A stretch of DNA of 64,000 nt, taken from NCBI RefSeq assembly GCF_001194135.2, contig NC_068986.1, positions 70,925,833 to 70,989,832 on the forward strand, read 5' to 3'. The position numbers were made by a program, and so were the translations under genes. Of this stretch, positions 52,770-64,000 are shown in pieces. Below the pieces are notes generated by a model. The model saw only the letters and a list, made by a program, of their open reading frames with translations. It did no database searches and was not told the DNA's origin. The DNA is from Octopus bimaculoides (Eukaryota). Position 1 is the stretch's first letter. Every line of letters starts with the position of its first letter.

Positions 52770-54400
52770 CCAAGTAGCAAGTTGAACCAATGATAGCAAT
52801 ATATTGATAGTATCAGTATGTTGATACTAGGAGATCGTAAAATTTGGTTATTTCTTACTGACACATATGTCTATATATTCACTGAGGCCTCTTTGCCTGT
52901 ACCGTTGTGTTGAAATATGTTGTTTCTGCAGAGTCATTCGTAGCTTTAAGGACATCCCTATTTTATATAGTTTTTGCTTTTTATTTTGAAAACGTCACCC
53001 TTTTAAAAAAGGATCTCCGATTCTTCTGATAAATTTAGATATATATCACAGCTGGGCTGTCTTCATTTTTTTTTACAGTCGGTTCGGTTGTTATTGTGTA
53101 AAGTTTGGCACTTGTTAATATTTTCATTGATTTGAATTGTCTTAATTTTGAAAATGTTATGTGTTTGTAAAATGTGATTCATTCTTGCGTCCTTTTCCAC
53201 TGTTGGCATGATTTGAAATATATATTGTTGTTCTGATTGTTTTTAGGATTGTAGGTGGAGATATACGGCAAAACTTTCTTTGTTTTGTTGGATATTCATT
53301 TTCTTGACTCGTTGTATTCCATTATCTGTTAAGGATAGTGACAATTTTCTGTCGAGCACTGTAACCTTAAGGTTTTAAAGTCATATGTCGCGAATATTTT
53401 CATCGGAAACTGTTATGCAGATTATTTTGGTTAAATTATAAGAGAAATCTACTATGCTGTGTCTCAGATGGTACGAATTGTAAAATAAATATCATTTAGA
53501 GTCGGTTGCTTTGTGGTATATAATTCTTACTATATTCGGTTGTTGATTTCCTTCCTTAAGATGTTTGTTTTGGTTGGATTCCATTGTGAACTGTATATTT
53601 TGGTTTATTCCACTGAGTAGTATTTTAAATTCTTTCAGTTTGTCGATAATAGTTGCTTTGCAGTATTAATTGTAGCTTTTCAATGATTTATTCCTTTTCC
53701 ATACATTGCGGTAGTTCAGCTGTATAGTTAACTAACCAGAATTTAATGATTTCAGTTCAATAATCATGAGGGAGTATGTACATAGATTCACAACATCGAA
53801 ATATACAGAGTTTGTAACCAGAATTTAATGATTTCAGTTCAATAATCACGAGAGAGTATGTACATAGATTCACAACATCGAAATATACAGAGTTTGTCCA
53901 TTAACTGCTTCGGGAAGTTGATTTAACAGAGCTAACTCTTATTTGAGGAATTGTTTGAAGACGTCTAAAATGTTACTGAGATAGTAAGTTTCACATACAG
54001 GATAAGCTATTATTAATTTTAATTTCAAATTATTTGGCACCAAATAATTATATTAATTAAATATATTATTTGTCGCTAATATATATTAATGTCAGTCTCT
54101 TCGGGGTTTATGTAAATCTAAGTCTTTTGGATAATTTGTCATGTCGTTGTGTACTTTCTTTGATAAATTTATGATTTTTATTGTTTGGTATACCGAGTGT
54201 TTCTGTTCCTCTGGACAGGGGTGTAGTTTTGTTGCTCGGGATTGTTGGATATCTTTTCGATTTTCGTTTCGTTGGCGAGTTTCGGGAAGATCTCACCAGT
54301 TATTTCTACTGTAAGAAGAAAGTTGTAATGTCACATTGAAAGTAATTTTTTTCTTGTTTTATTTCTACTTTGTGAGGTAATTCTCTTACTGATTCTTTTA
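52770..54400 (-). mobile_element. Decayed Penelope-like element (RT plus GIY-YIG endonuclease)
   Basis: Minus strand: YFDVVNL (RT), NIQFTMES, IYHKATDSK*YL...YHLRH, VLPYISTYNP, LKLRMTLQKQHI...LSEYIDIC. May extend to about 54830. Confidence 0.8.
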
Positions 54401-54885
54401 CTGATATGAGGACTGATAAGATTGGTCTTTTATTATCATATTATCATATCTCATTTGGTTTCCTTGTTCTTTTTACAGCACTTTGGTATTTGTGATTTTC
54501 TTTTCTTCAGGAAAAACTTGTTGAAAACGTGTTCCCTTTTGAGTTTGGTTTCGTATATTTTTCTAAACAGTCACCGCTTTTACCTAATGTTGGAGAGAAT
54601 TCAGTTTTTCCGCTTCACATTCTTCTTTGTGGACTGATTAACCTCAAGGCAAATCATCGACGATCAATATGCTTAGGAATTTGCTGCTGGTACCAAGCAA
54701 TTTTTTTGGTTAACTTCTTTTCTTTTTTTTCCAATATGTCCAAGAATTTGGTCTGGCACATGGGGCGCACTCCATTTACATCATTGCTAATGATAGTTTC
54801 AAACTTTCTTGGCTACTCTTCACAACCTTTCAAAACAATATGTGTAAATATATACCTCTCTCTCCTTCTCTGTCTGTCTGTTTGC

Positions 54886-54935
<50 letters not shown>

Positions 54936-55352
54936 GTCTATATATACGCATAAAGTGATGTTTAACACACGCGTGAGCGCATTCGGACATAATAAGACCT
55001 TTCGCTGCGGAAATTTTAGACATGTATGAAAACATATTTTGTGCGTGATTGCGCGCGCGTGTGAGTGTATGTGCGTGTGTGTGTGTGCATGCGCACGTGT
55101 GTGTGCATGCGTGCGTGTGTGTGTGCATGCGTGCGTGTGTGTGTGCTGAGAGCAACGCCATTCATTCCAGTTATCTCGCTCGCAGTATCTTGATCCACAA
55201 ATTGTGTTTCCGTACATGGCTAGGTGGAGAATTTCCTTCTGGGACTATTTATGCAGCAAAAGTTCTTATCTCGTCCGAATACACCCGAACGTGTTAAGTA
55301 TAACTTGACACAAATATATTTTATTCAACGGTGCTTCGTGCGACATTAATTA

Positions 55353-55383
<31 letters not shown>

Positions 55384-56559
55384 TGTATGTATGTATGTAT
55401 GTATGTATGATGTATGTATGCATGTATAAGAATTGCCTATAGGTTCTAACTTACTTAGACGATAGTTAATATGATAGTTAATAAAACTCTTACTTTAAAA
55501 ATTAAAACTTTGAAGTTAGGAGTAAAGGTCATGAAAAGTAACTTAAACCTACCAAACATGCGCAGATGATATATTCTGCATGCATTGAATCTCAGTACAG
55601 ACAACAAACATACATGTGTTAAAGGAATCAAAATTCTTTATGAAAGGATATTATACATGTGAATAATATAGAAGCACAAATGGAATAAAACGAATTCAAT
55701 GTCTATATTATTCGTAAAAAATAACTTTTCTCACATCTATTGCGTTTATATAAAGGCCATTTGAACTTCCGACACATTTAAGTTTTTAAAACACAAAAAT
55801 CAATTTTCATTTATAGAAAATACACAAACGAAAGCAATTTCCTATATTTATATGCATACAAAATCAATTTCCTGAGTTTATATACATAGTCACATGCATA
55901 AATAGGCAAGGGATACCAACATAGAATACGATTAGTGGTAATTTTCTTCCTACTATCACTTGAATATATACACAGTCATTCTCCTGTTTTTCCTTTTACA
56001 TTACAAAACCATTTTCTTCTCTTGCAAGCGTACACTATTATTAATAAACGTGTCTCAAAGTTATCAAAGAAAGTTAAATAACTAATGACCTTTCCACCGA
56101 AGAAAGATGTGCCCGGTGCAAAAGTTCAGCTACTTTGGTGCAGAACTGTGACTTACATCTTGGAGCATAGAGAAATACATACATACATACATACATACAT
56201 ACATACATACACATATGATAGCTGCAACTCCATTTGAGCAATGCTACCTTTGATTGCTCTCTTAAAACAACTCGGATGTGGCTTTAACTCCTTTTCACAG
56301 ATGTGGGAACGATGGGTGCTTCTTGCAGCAGATAGATATTCACAGAGCTACCATTCACATTGACCCATGCCTTCTTTCGTCGTGTAACTTTACATTGAAT
56401 GTTTTGCCTTTTTTTTTTAACTACGGCCATCCAGTATATGCAACACATAATAGAGATTCTAAAAATCAAGCAATGCCTCTGCCTGAGACTTTTTAAAGTG
56501 AGGAAAGACCTTGAACGAGTTCAATCCTACTCTCTAAGCAACTCGTGCATTTGTCTAAA

Positions 56560-58310
56560 AAGAAAAAGGCTTGTCAACATCATTGGATGCAAACGAAGTC
56601 GCAGGTGTTACATCAGAGTTTTCCTTCTTCAGAGTTTTCCTTCTAAATGGCTACGAGAAATTTATCTCTCCTAGTCGGCGGGGCGGTAGCGTGGTGGTCC
56701 TATTCAGGAAAAACTTGGACGTGCAGTTAAGTGCAGTTTTTCTAGACCCAGAAGGTAGGTTGGTCGTTCTAGATTTGACACACGCGAGTAAACAGTCCTT
56801 CAGGTTGATAGCTGTCTACGCTCCAAATAAGTGTAGGCAGGCTGGTTTTTAACGGGACCTGGAGAGTTCCTTAGTGACGTCAAAAACTCTAGTTGTACTT
56901 GGAGACTTTAACACTATTCTCGACGCACGGGTGGATAGTGTTGGCTCGGCTGATAGAAAGGAAAATCCTGACCTCAAAAGGCTACTAGAGAGCTATAATC
57001 TAGTAGACCGGTATAGACTGGATGAGCCGCTCGTTCCACAGTGGACGTGGTCTAATAACGACGGTTCATACAGATCTTATTTAGATAGGATTATTATTAG
57101 AGATACAGACAAGGATACTGTTAGTTGCCCACACTTTTGTTGTGTCCCCTACACGGACAACAAGTTTGTGACGTGTAAGGTGTACCTAGTTAAGTGTCAT
57201 AGACAGGCACCTGGGTTCTGAAAGATGAACAAATCTACTTTGACTTGTAAAACCTTCCGTGCTCGGGTTAAAGAGTTGGTGCAGAGGGCATTAACAGGTG
57301 CCATTATCAATAATAGGTAGTGGTGCGCCCCCAAACGAGCCATTCGTTCTGAGTCTATTAGATTTAGCAAGCAGTTAAGTCTAGATAAGACTAGAATAGA
57401 AGGGAGTTACGTAAGGAATTAGATGAAGGTCTGGCTCTGCTTCTAGAGTGTTGGTGACCAAACACGAAGGATGTAAGGTCAGAACTAAACTTCGTACGGT
57501 GGGAAGAGAAGGTATTAGCGTTACCGGATGGGCACGTGGTGTGGAAAGTCGGAGAGGTAGAGAAGCCTCTATTAAGCCTTACAGACGAACAGAGGTGTTC
57601 GATGGAAGGACAAGAGGAGATGCGAAAGACTTTTCATCAGCATTTCGCCCGGTTGTTCGGGAGGAGCGGCGAGTTGGACCGTGGGGAGCCCCTAAGGGAT
57701 TTCCTCACCGGTGGGCTGCGACTCTTGGCATGAGAGGCGGAATGCTGTGAAGGATCGATTACGGCTACAGAGGTTGAAGAGGTACTGGCTGAGTGCGCCA
57801 GAGACAAATCGCCGGGACTGTAGTATGCCGGACTTGTACGGGCACTTGCTGGCCTGCGTCTACACAAACTGGTAGCAGAATGGGAGGATTCCCAGTTCTG
57901 TGAGTCGGAAAGTGGTGACGCTGATCAGAAAAGACCCGAACAAGGGGGATCATATCAATAATTTTAGGCCCATAGCTCTACTTAATGTAGAGTTAAAGAT
58001 TTTGGCCAAGGTGCTAGCTAAGAGGTTAGTGCGTATCGCGGAGAAACTTGTTGAGAGGGCGCAGACGTGCCATCCCAGGCAGGTCGATCCAGGAAATCTT
58101 CATCTCCTGCGCTACACCTTAGACAGGGTGGGTAAATTATCCGGTAAAGGTGGGTCACTGGTCCATTTAAACCAAAGTAAAGCTTTTGATGGGGTAGATC
58201 ACCAGTGCCTGAATGCAGTCCTCGAGGCAGCTGGGCTGGGCCCAGACTTCTGTGGCTGGGCCCAGACTTCTGTGGCTGGGCCCAGACTTCTGTGGCTGGA
58301 TCCCTGCCAT
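56560..58310 (+). mobile_element. Tx1/L1-like LINE ORF2 remnant (APE endonuclease plus RT N-terminal half), interrupted
   Basis: GRLVVLD...FRLIAVYAPN, LVVLGDFN, QWTWSN...SYLDRI, LIRKDPNKGDHINNFRPIALLNVELKILAKVLAKRL, LNQSKAFDGVDH; several stops and frameshifts. Confidence 0.9.
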
Positions 58311-58396
58311 AAGTACAGGACATTAAGAAAAACGTTAAACACAATGAGNNNNNNNNNNTGGCTGGGCCCAGACTTCTGTGGCTGGATCCCTGCCAT

Positions 58397-59335
58397 AAGT
58401 ACAGGACATTAAGAAAAACGTTAAACACAATGAGAAACGAAAACATAAAAACGAAAACAGAAAACGAACGTTTTACCAATGTATGCATGTATGTATACAT
58501 ATAGATGAGGTATGTACATATATGTATGGATATATGCATATATTTCTATATTTTTATATTATTATATGATCGAACGCTACGCATCCTTTTCCAAGTAAGT
58601 TTTATCTTAATAATTACAATGCGCACCCTACTGCTATCTCTTCCCTGTCTGTCTCTCTCCCTCTCTTGTTCTTCTTCCTTTCTGTTTTTCTCTCCCATCC
58701 TTTCCCTGTTCTTTTCTCCCTTTCACCGTTCCCTCTCTCTCTCTCTCATTCTTCCTCCTTGACCCTCTCGTCGCTCACATGAGACGAAAGGGGGATCTCT
58801 CTTTCTGTTCACTGCCTTCCTATAGAAAAGACGTGTTGTTTCTGTCTCTTCTCTCATGCACGACTATCTAGCGTTCAAAATAATATTTTTTCTATCGCCT
58901 TGGCTTAACAGCCCTCACTGTTTGTTTTTACTGTCTTGTTCTCACTGTCCTGTTCTTACTGTTTTTACTGTCTTGTTCTCACTGTCCTGTTCTTGTTAAC
59001 ACTTTCACCCTCCGCAAAATATTCCAAATTTTATTTAATTTGCTTTGCGGTAAGGACTGTTCCAACGAAGTCGCGTATTGTCCTTGCCTTCGAAACTCGG
59101 AGTAGATGGAACAGGGACAACCGACGAGGGGATACACTCTTTTTGTTGCATGTCTCGTTGCTCTGTTTTTTTTCGTTGCTCGAAAAAAGTTCGTTTTCTG
59201 TATTCGTTTTTATGTTTTCGTTTCTCATTGTGTTTAACGTTTTTCTTGATATCCTGTACCCATGCGTGCATGTATGTATACATATAGATGTAGGTATGTA
59301 CATATATGTATGGATATATGCATATATTTATCTAT
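58397..59335 (+). mobile_element. Hammerhead-bearing non-coding element, copy 2, with an inverted 5' segment
   Basis: 58397-58474 is the reverse complement of about 59184-59260; direct repeat anchors at 58484 and 59267 (period 783 bp); homologous to 49090-50045. Confidence 0.8.
59057..59131 (+). ncRNA. Candidate non-circularly permuted hammerhead ribozyme, copy 2
   Basis: CGCGU-A-UUGUCC (59072-59083), CUUC-GAA-ACUCG (59088-59099), GGACAA-CCGACGA-GGGG (59115-59131). U4 is changed to C and stem III has one mismatch. Confidence 0.65.
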
Positions 59336-59353
59336 TATTTATATATATATACA

Positions 59354-59397
<44 letters not shown>

Positions 59398-59639
59398 GAC
59401 GGGCTTCTTTCAATTTCTGTCTATCAAATCCACTCACAAGGCTATTGGTCGGCTCGAGGCTATTGTGAAAGGCACTCGTCCAAGATGCCACGCAGTGGGA
59501 CTGAACCCAGAACCATGTAGTTGGAAAGCAAGCTGCTTACCACACAGCCACGCCTGCGTCTATGTAAATGCTTTAAATATTTTTTAAAATCAAAACTGCA
59601 AGTTTAAAAAAATTAATAATACACGTATGTGGTTACTAC

Positions 59640-60160
59640 TGTTACCTGGTATTTCAATATTTCAAGGTTAGGACCCCTTCTTCAGGAAATTTAGGAAGAA
59701 AAAGGTGTTGATAGCTGACTTCTCTGCTCTCTAGTGTGTGTGTAGGAAGTGTTGTTTTGCGTTGCTATAATATGCAATCAGCTGCGTGCAGTTCAGATCC
59801 CTCATTAAGTCGCGGGCTATACTTGTTAATTAAAATAGCTTAATTTATTCTCAAGCTTCCAATGTTTCTTCCAGTAGTTTTAATGGAAACTTGGATGTCT
59901 TAGGAGTGATATTTCCGTAGGTGCTTTATGACGGAAGGAGCATTTGCATGGGGGATGTTCTTTAGCCCGTATGTGAACTTGTCTGATGAAACTTCTACAT
60001 TTGCTACACCTAATTATATACACCACCCAGAAGGTATATATATATATATTTTCATCTCTGATCCTGAAGTTGGACAATGTACATAAGGTGTTGCTTTGTC
60101 GCAGTCTGTTTTTAGTGAGGATCCTCAGGAAAGGTTCGGAGTATAGGATATCAATGAACA
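59640..60160 (-). mobile_element. Penelope-like element 3' fragment (GIY-YIG endonuclease plus 3' region)
   Basis: LRILTKNRL...VVYIIRCSKC...HIRAKEH...LRIN*AILINKYSPRLN. Confidence 0.75.
59651..59690 (-). ncRNA. Minimal type I hammerhead ribozyme candidate at the Penelope-like 3' end
   Basis: Minus strand AUUUC-CUGAAGA-AGGG-GUCCUAA-CCUU-GAA-AUAU-U-GAAAU: 5-bp stem I, intact core, 4-bp stem II, palindromic AUAU stem III, AUU cleavage triplet. Confidence 0.7.
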
Positions 60161-60660
60161 TATAAAATTTGAAGTGGAACACCTCAATAACACCGATTCC
60201 TTATCTCTGCTTGATTTTGAGCTACAAACCACAGAGAACGTATCGATTTCCACAAACATTTCAGAAAGGCAGCATGCAGGGGCCTATTTTTTACATCATA
60301 ATTCACCCTTGCTTATTAGAGCAACGATGGCCTACATTAGAAATGAAATCCACAGGATGATTTGTAGATGCAGCGATGCAGGAAGCAAATGCACCAACTC
60401 CATACGATTTTAAAAAATCCTGATGACTATGCATACTCTTTCATTAAATACAAGGGCATCGCTAGATCACTTAACAAAATCCACACTTTCAAGGATAACG
60501 TGATTTTTTTGAACTTGCCACATTTTAACGAACAAATAACTGTTGCAATCCGCTTTGCGACCTGTAAAGGAGAGATTGAATATACAACCTGAGGTTCATT
60601 ATTGAAAACGGACCGAGACAAAGTAACACCTTATGTACATTGTCCAAATACCCGGTCAGA
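60150..60660 (+). mobile_element. Penelope-like RT thumb/linker fragment, opposite orientation to the adjacent EN fragment
   Basis: NEHIKFEVEHLNNTDSLSLLDF...FLHHNSP...IRNEIHRMICRCS...ILKNPDDYAYSFIK...FLNLPHFNEQI. Confidence 0.7.
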
Positions 60661-60674
60661 AATGAAAATGGAAA

Positions 60675-60952
60675 AATATTTGCCTTGTGTTATTACTTGT
60701 TCCAATCCATGTTTCACTTCCTGCGATCGCGACGCTTCATCAACCAAGAAGACGTGGAAGCTTCAATGAAGGAATTCTTCGCTTCGAAGGACAAGAACTG
60801 GTATCAGTGTGGGATCAAAGAACTGGCAGAAAGGTAGCTTCAGACGGTGCAACACGATGACCTCTACATTAAATGCCAGGTTGCTTTTGTTGTAACTTGA
60901 ATAAAGTAAATAAGTTACTAAAATATTGCAAAACTTTTTACTCAGCACAATA
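60675..60952 (+). mobile_element. Mariner transposase 3' fragment with right TIR
   Basis: YYLFQSMFHFLRSRRFINQEDVEASMKEFFASKDKNWYQCGIKELAER*LQTVQHDDLY; ends CAAAACTTTTTACTCAGCACAATA. Confidence 0.85.
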
Positions 60953-63054
60953 TTTAATTCATCCTAATATTTCAGGTATAATAGATGTTTTGAAAAATGT
61001 TAAGAAAAAGAGAGAAATATGTCCGTTCGCCTGGAATGTTCAGAAACAGATGCCATGCAAACAGATGATTTCTTTCTTGTTTTCTAAACACTTTTGTAAA
61101 GAGGTATTTTACTCGAAATATCAGGACTATTGGTTTACCTTTCACGCCAAACGTGCTCTGCCTAGATGAAATATTTCCAAGTGGGAACAATCAAACCTGC
61201 ACCCTAAATACTAGCCTTCCTTTACAAATTTAGCAAGTACTTGTGCTCAGAACTGTTGCCAACTTTCTCCATAGCTGAAGTTGCACATTGGGGTACTGCC
61301 CAAACATCCGGGATGAGAGTACTGCTGCACACAGAAAAAATTCTAGGCCTCATCAAAATAAAACCATTATACTTATTGAATAAAAAATAATTTAACATAC
61401 TTCAACCGCTTACCATAAACATACTAACCCCGCAGCCAGCCTTTTATGCAAATATAACGACTTCGGCTCCTCAGAGCTAGCTATTCGCATTCTATCTATA
61501 CCTATACACATACGGCTCACTTATTTTCCCACCCGTCTCCAACCTTTGTATATCTCATCTCATTTCGAATTTCTAAGCAAGGGACAATGTGCCAAACACA
61601 CATAGGTGTTGTGAAGTTGGGGAACACTTCCATTGAATTCACTTTGGGATACTAAACGACAAAGATGCCACCTAATGTTTAAATATACTTTTCGAACAGG
61701 GTTACCTCAACGATAGCCACTAAATACTCGTGAGCAACTCGGCGAATGAATTTTTACGGATCTAAATGGATTAAATTTCTTTTAAAGCTATATGTTGATT
61801 AAACCATCCCCACAGTGTATCAACACGAGATGGAGGTTCGTCTGATTGGTCTTGATGGATCAATAAGTTTGTGCAAATGCGATACTGTTAACCAAGGTAT
61901 GTTTTTCGACTTTTATGATGATGATTGACTTTTATTACGTATGGTTGTAATTATACATTACAGACTAAGATTTTAATGTAATGGTATTACACATAATAAA
62001 TATGCATCTGAGGCAGAAAAAGGGGAACAAGACCCCTGAAGCGGCTCAACTCCTGTGTTACAGAATGACTATCATTATCTCTATCAAATTAGCAACTATA
62101 AGTGATTTTCAGCGCTACATAAATACCACTTGTTTCATATATAATTTGTCAGCCACTTATCACTTGCTCAGTAACCTATTCAACAAGTGATAATAGCCTC
62201 TTAGCAGGTGTTCTACCCCCGTTCGATCTATGAACCCTATAAATATGTATAATTTATGAATTAACGGCAAATCTATTTATTTTACAGCTATGGCTGAGAC
62301 AATAAAACCATGGAATGTTCACGCTGTGCAGGCTACAGCGTTGCAACAAGAAACGAACCCAAAACTATTTGATTGCAACAGGCAAGACTGAATAGTTAGT
62401 AATTTGTTTCGCAATCATGAAGCTTCGTGTTTCACATCACTATCCGACTCATTGGACAATTGCTCTCGGTGATAGCTTCGTGTTCGTCCCACCAGAGTAG
62501 ATAAAAACAACTCTACATGCCCATGAAAAATTGTCAGCTGAAGAATAATTGTAATTTTAGGGGTTAAACTTGTAACAATGTCATGTTGAGTCTCGTAGAG
62601 AACTACATCGAGAATACAAAGGAAATATCCATCCACTTACATTTAATACAATGGGCAGGTAGGTAGATGATAGAACAATTGCAAAACTGATCATTATTTC
62701 GGCACACTGCGCTCATGTCATTTACAATAATCTCGGATTGCAAATCAGTGTAAATGCAATGCGGTACTTACTAGTCTAAAGAGTTGTAACTAAATAATGA
62801 GGCAAACTTTGTAATTCGACAGAATTACTAAAATTAATACCAGACTAAGTTGATATAATACTTTCGAAGACAGTGCCCCAGCATAGCCTTAGTTGAATGA
62901 CTGAAACTAATAGACTGATATGCATGTATGTATGTATGTATGTATGTATGTATGTATGTATGTATGTGTGTATGTATGTATGTATGTATGTGTGTATGTA
63001 TGTATGTATGTATGTATGTATGGATATCATTAACCTCACAAAGGCCAGAGTAAT

Positions 63055-64000
63055 ATTTACTCCTCCTCCAGGCTAACCTCATGTCGATCCAAACATAACA
63101 GTTGACGGTATACGGTTCGATAGGTTTCCATATCTTGAAAGCATTATCGGTAAATACTGATCACTTGATACAGAAATCAATCAGAGAATTCAAAATGCCA
63201 CTTTATCATTTGGAAAACTAAAGAAAAAGCTACAAGAGTATCGGGTTTTCAACTTGTAATTATATTGTATACAGATCATGCGTACTAACTGTATTGTATG
63301 TATCTGAAGAGGAGGACAACCTTCAGGTGGCACATGAAATGGCCTGAAAGGTTTCACATTGAATTTTAATTCTGGATTGAAATCTCCTGGAATTTACTCT
63401 GTTTTCTTCCTTTCGCAAGAGTCATTTGAGCTCTGCATGTTCAATATTTGCTTCAAATTCCCCGCAACCAACTTTAATTATACAACGGCAACCTGATATG
63501 TTCTTTACTAAGGACTCTCAATTTCTAATGTCCTCAGAATCTTCAAGTTATCCTTAGCTGCATGTATGAATCGCATTTAACTGAAGTGAACTTTTTTGAA
63601 ACCAGATACGGATGTACTGAGGAGAGCCGGCTGTGAAAGTATTGAGATGATTACTAACAATCAAATGCATTGGACTGGTTGTGTCAGGATAGACGATACC
63701 AGATTACCCAAGAGGTCGCTTTATGGACAACTTTCAAATAAAAAGAGGCCAAATCATAAACCAAACAAGCGATTCGAAGATGTAGTTAAGAACAGTTTTA
63801 ATATTCTGAATTTTATATTAGAAATTGGAATCCTTTGCAAAGAACAGAACAGGCTGGCTTCGTATGATTAAAGAAGTTTGCGAGAAGTTTGAGGCAAAGC
63901 GTATTTACATGCAGAGTTCAAGAGATCATTGCAAAAGGGATAAAACAGAATTTAAATTCAATGTATGCAACAAAGTATTGCTTTCTAGAAGCGGTCTCGT
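63055..64000 (+). mobile_element. RTE/BovB-like LINE 3' portion, decayed, runs off the window
   Basis: DPNITVDG...FPYLES...EINQRIQNATLSFGKL...PDTDVLRRAGCESIE...QMHWTGCVRIDDTRLPKRSLYGQL...KPNKRFEDVVK. Confidence 0.85.

Noticed and set aside
51655-53235. An ~85-bp repeat on both sides of the R4/Dong copy 2 as a giant target-site duplication
   Set aside because: The copies are diverged, the right one is about 600 bp from the element end, and both are internal Penelope-like coding sequence.

Overview
AT-rich eukaryotic scaffold with N gaps, dense (CA)n/(TA)n/(TAA)n/(CAT)n microsatellites and abundant tRNA-derived SINEs. The repeat landscape looks cephalopod, probably Octopus (inference). One host gene is supported: the last six coding exons of a PTGR3/ZADH2-like quinone-oxidoreductase-family gene (+, 4255-30747, 176 aa, all GT-AG and phase-compatible); its 5' exons were not found in the window. 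Almost everything else is transposon debris: Chapaev-like, Tc1, mariner, hAT, Tx1/L1-like, CR1-like, RTE, R4/Dong-like, Penelope-like elements and several SINE families. Nearly all ORF-track entries are spurious (microsatellites, N runs, TE remnants). Most notable observation: a ~730-780 bp non-coding, terminally redundant element present twice (about 49090-50045 and 58397-59335) carries all three strands of a hammerhead ribozyme core in a non-circularly permuted, pseudoknotted order. The two copies show compensatory base changes in a flanking helix. A conventional minimal hammerhead lies nearby at the 3' end of a Penelope-like fragment (59651-59690, minus strand). Structures and family names come from reading by eye and from memory of the families; TE boundaries are approximate.
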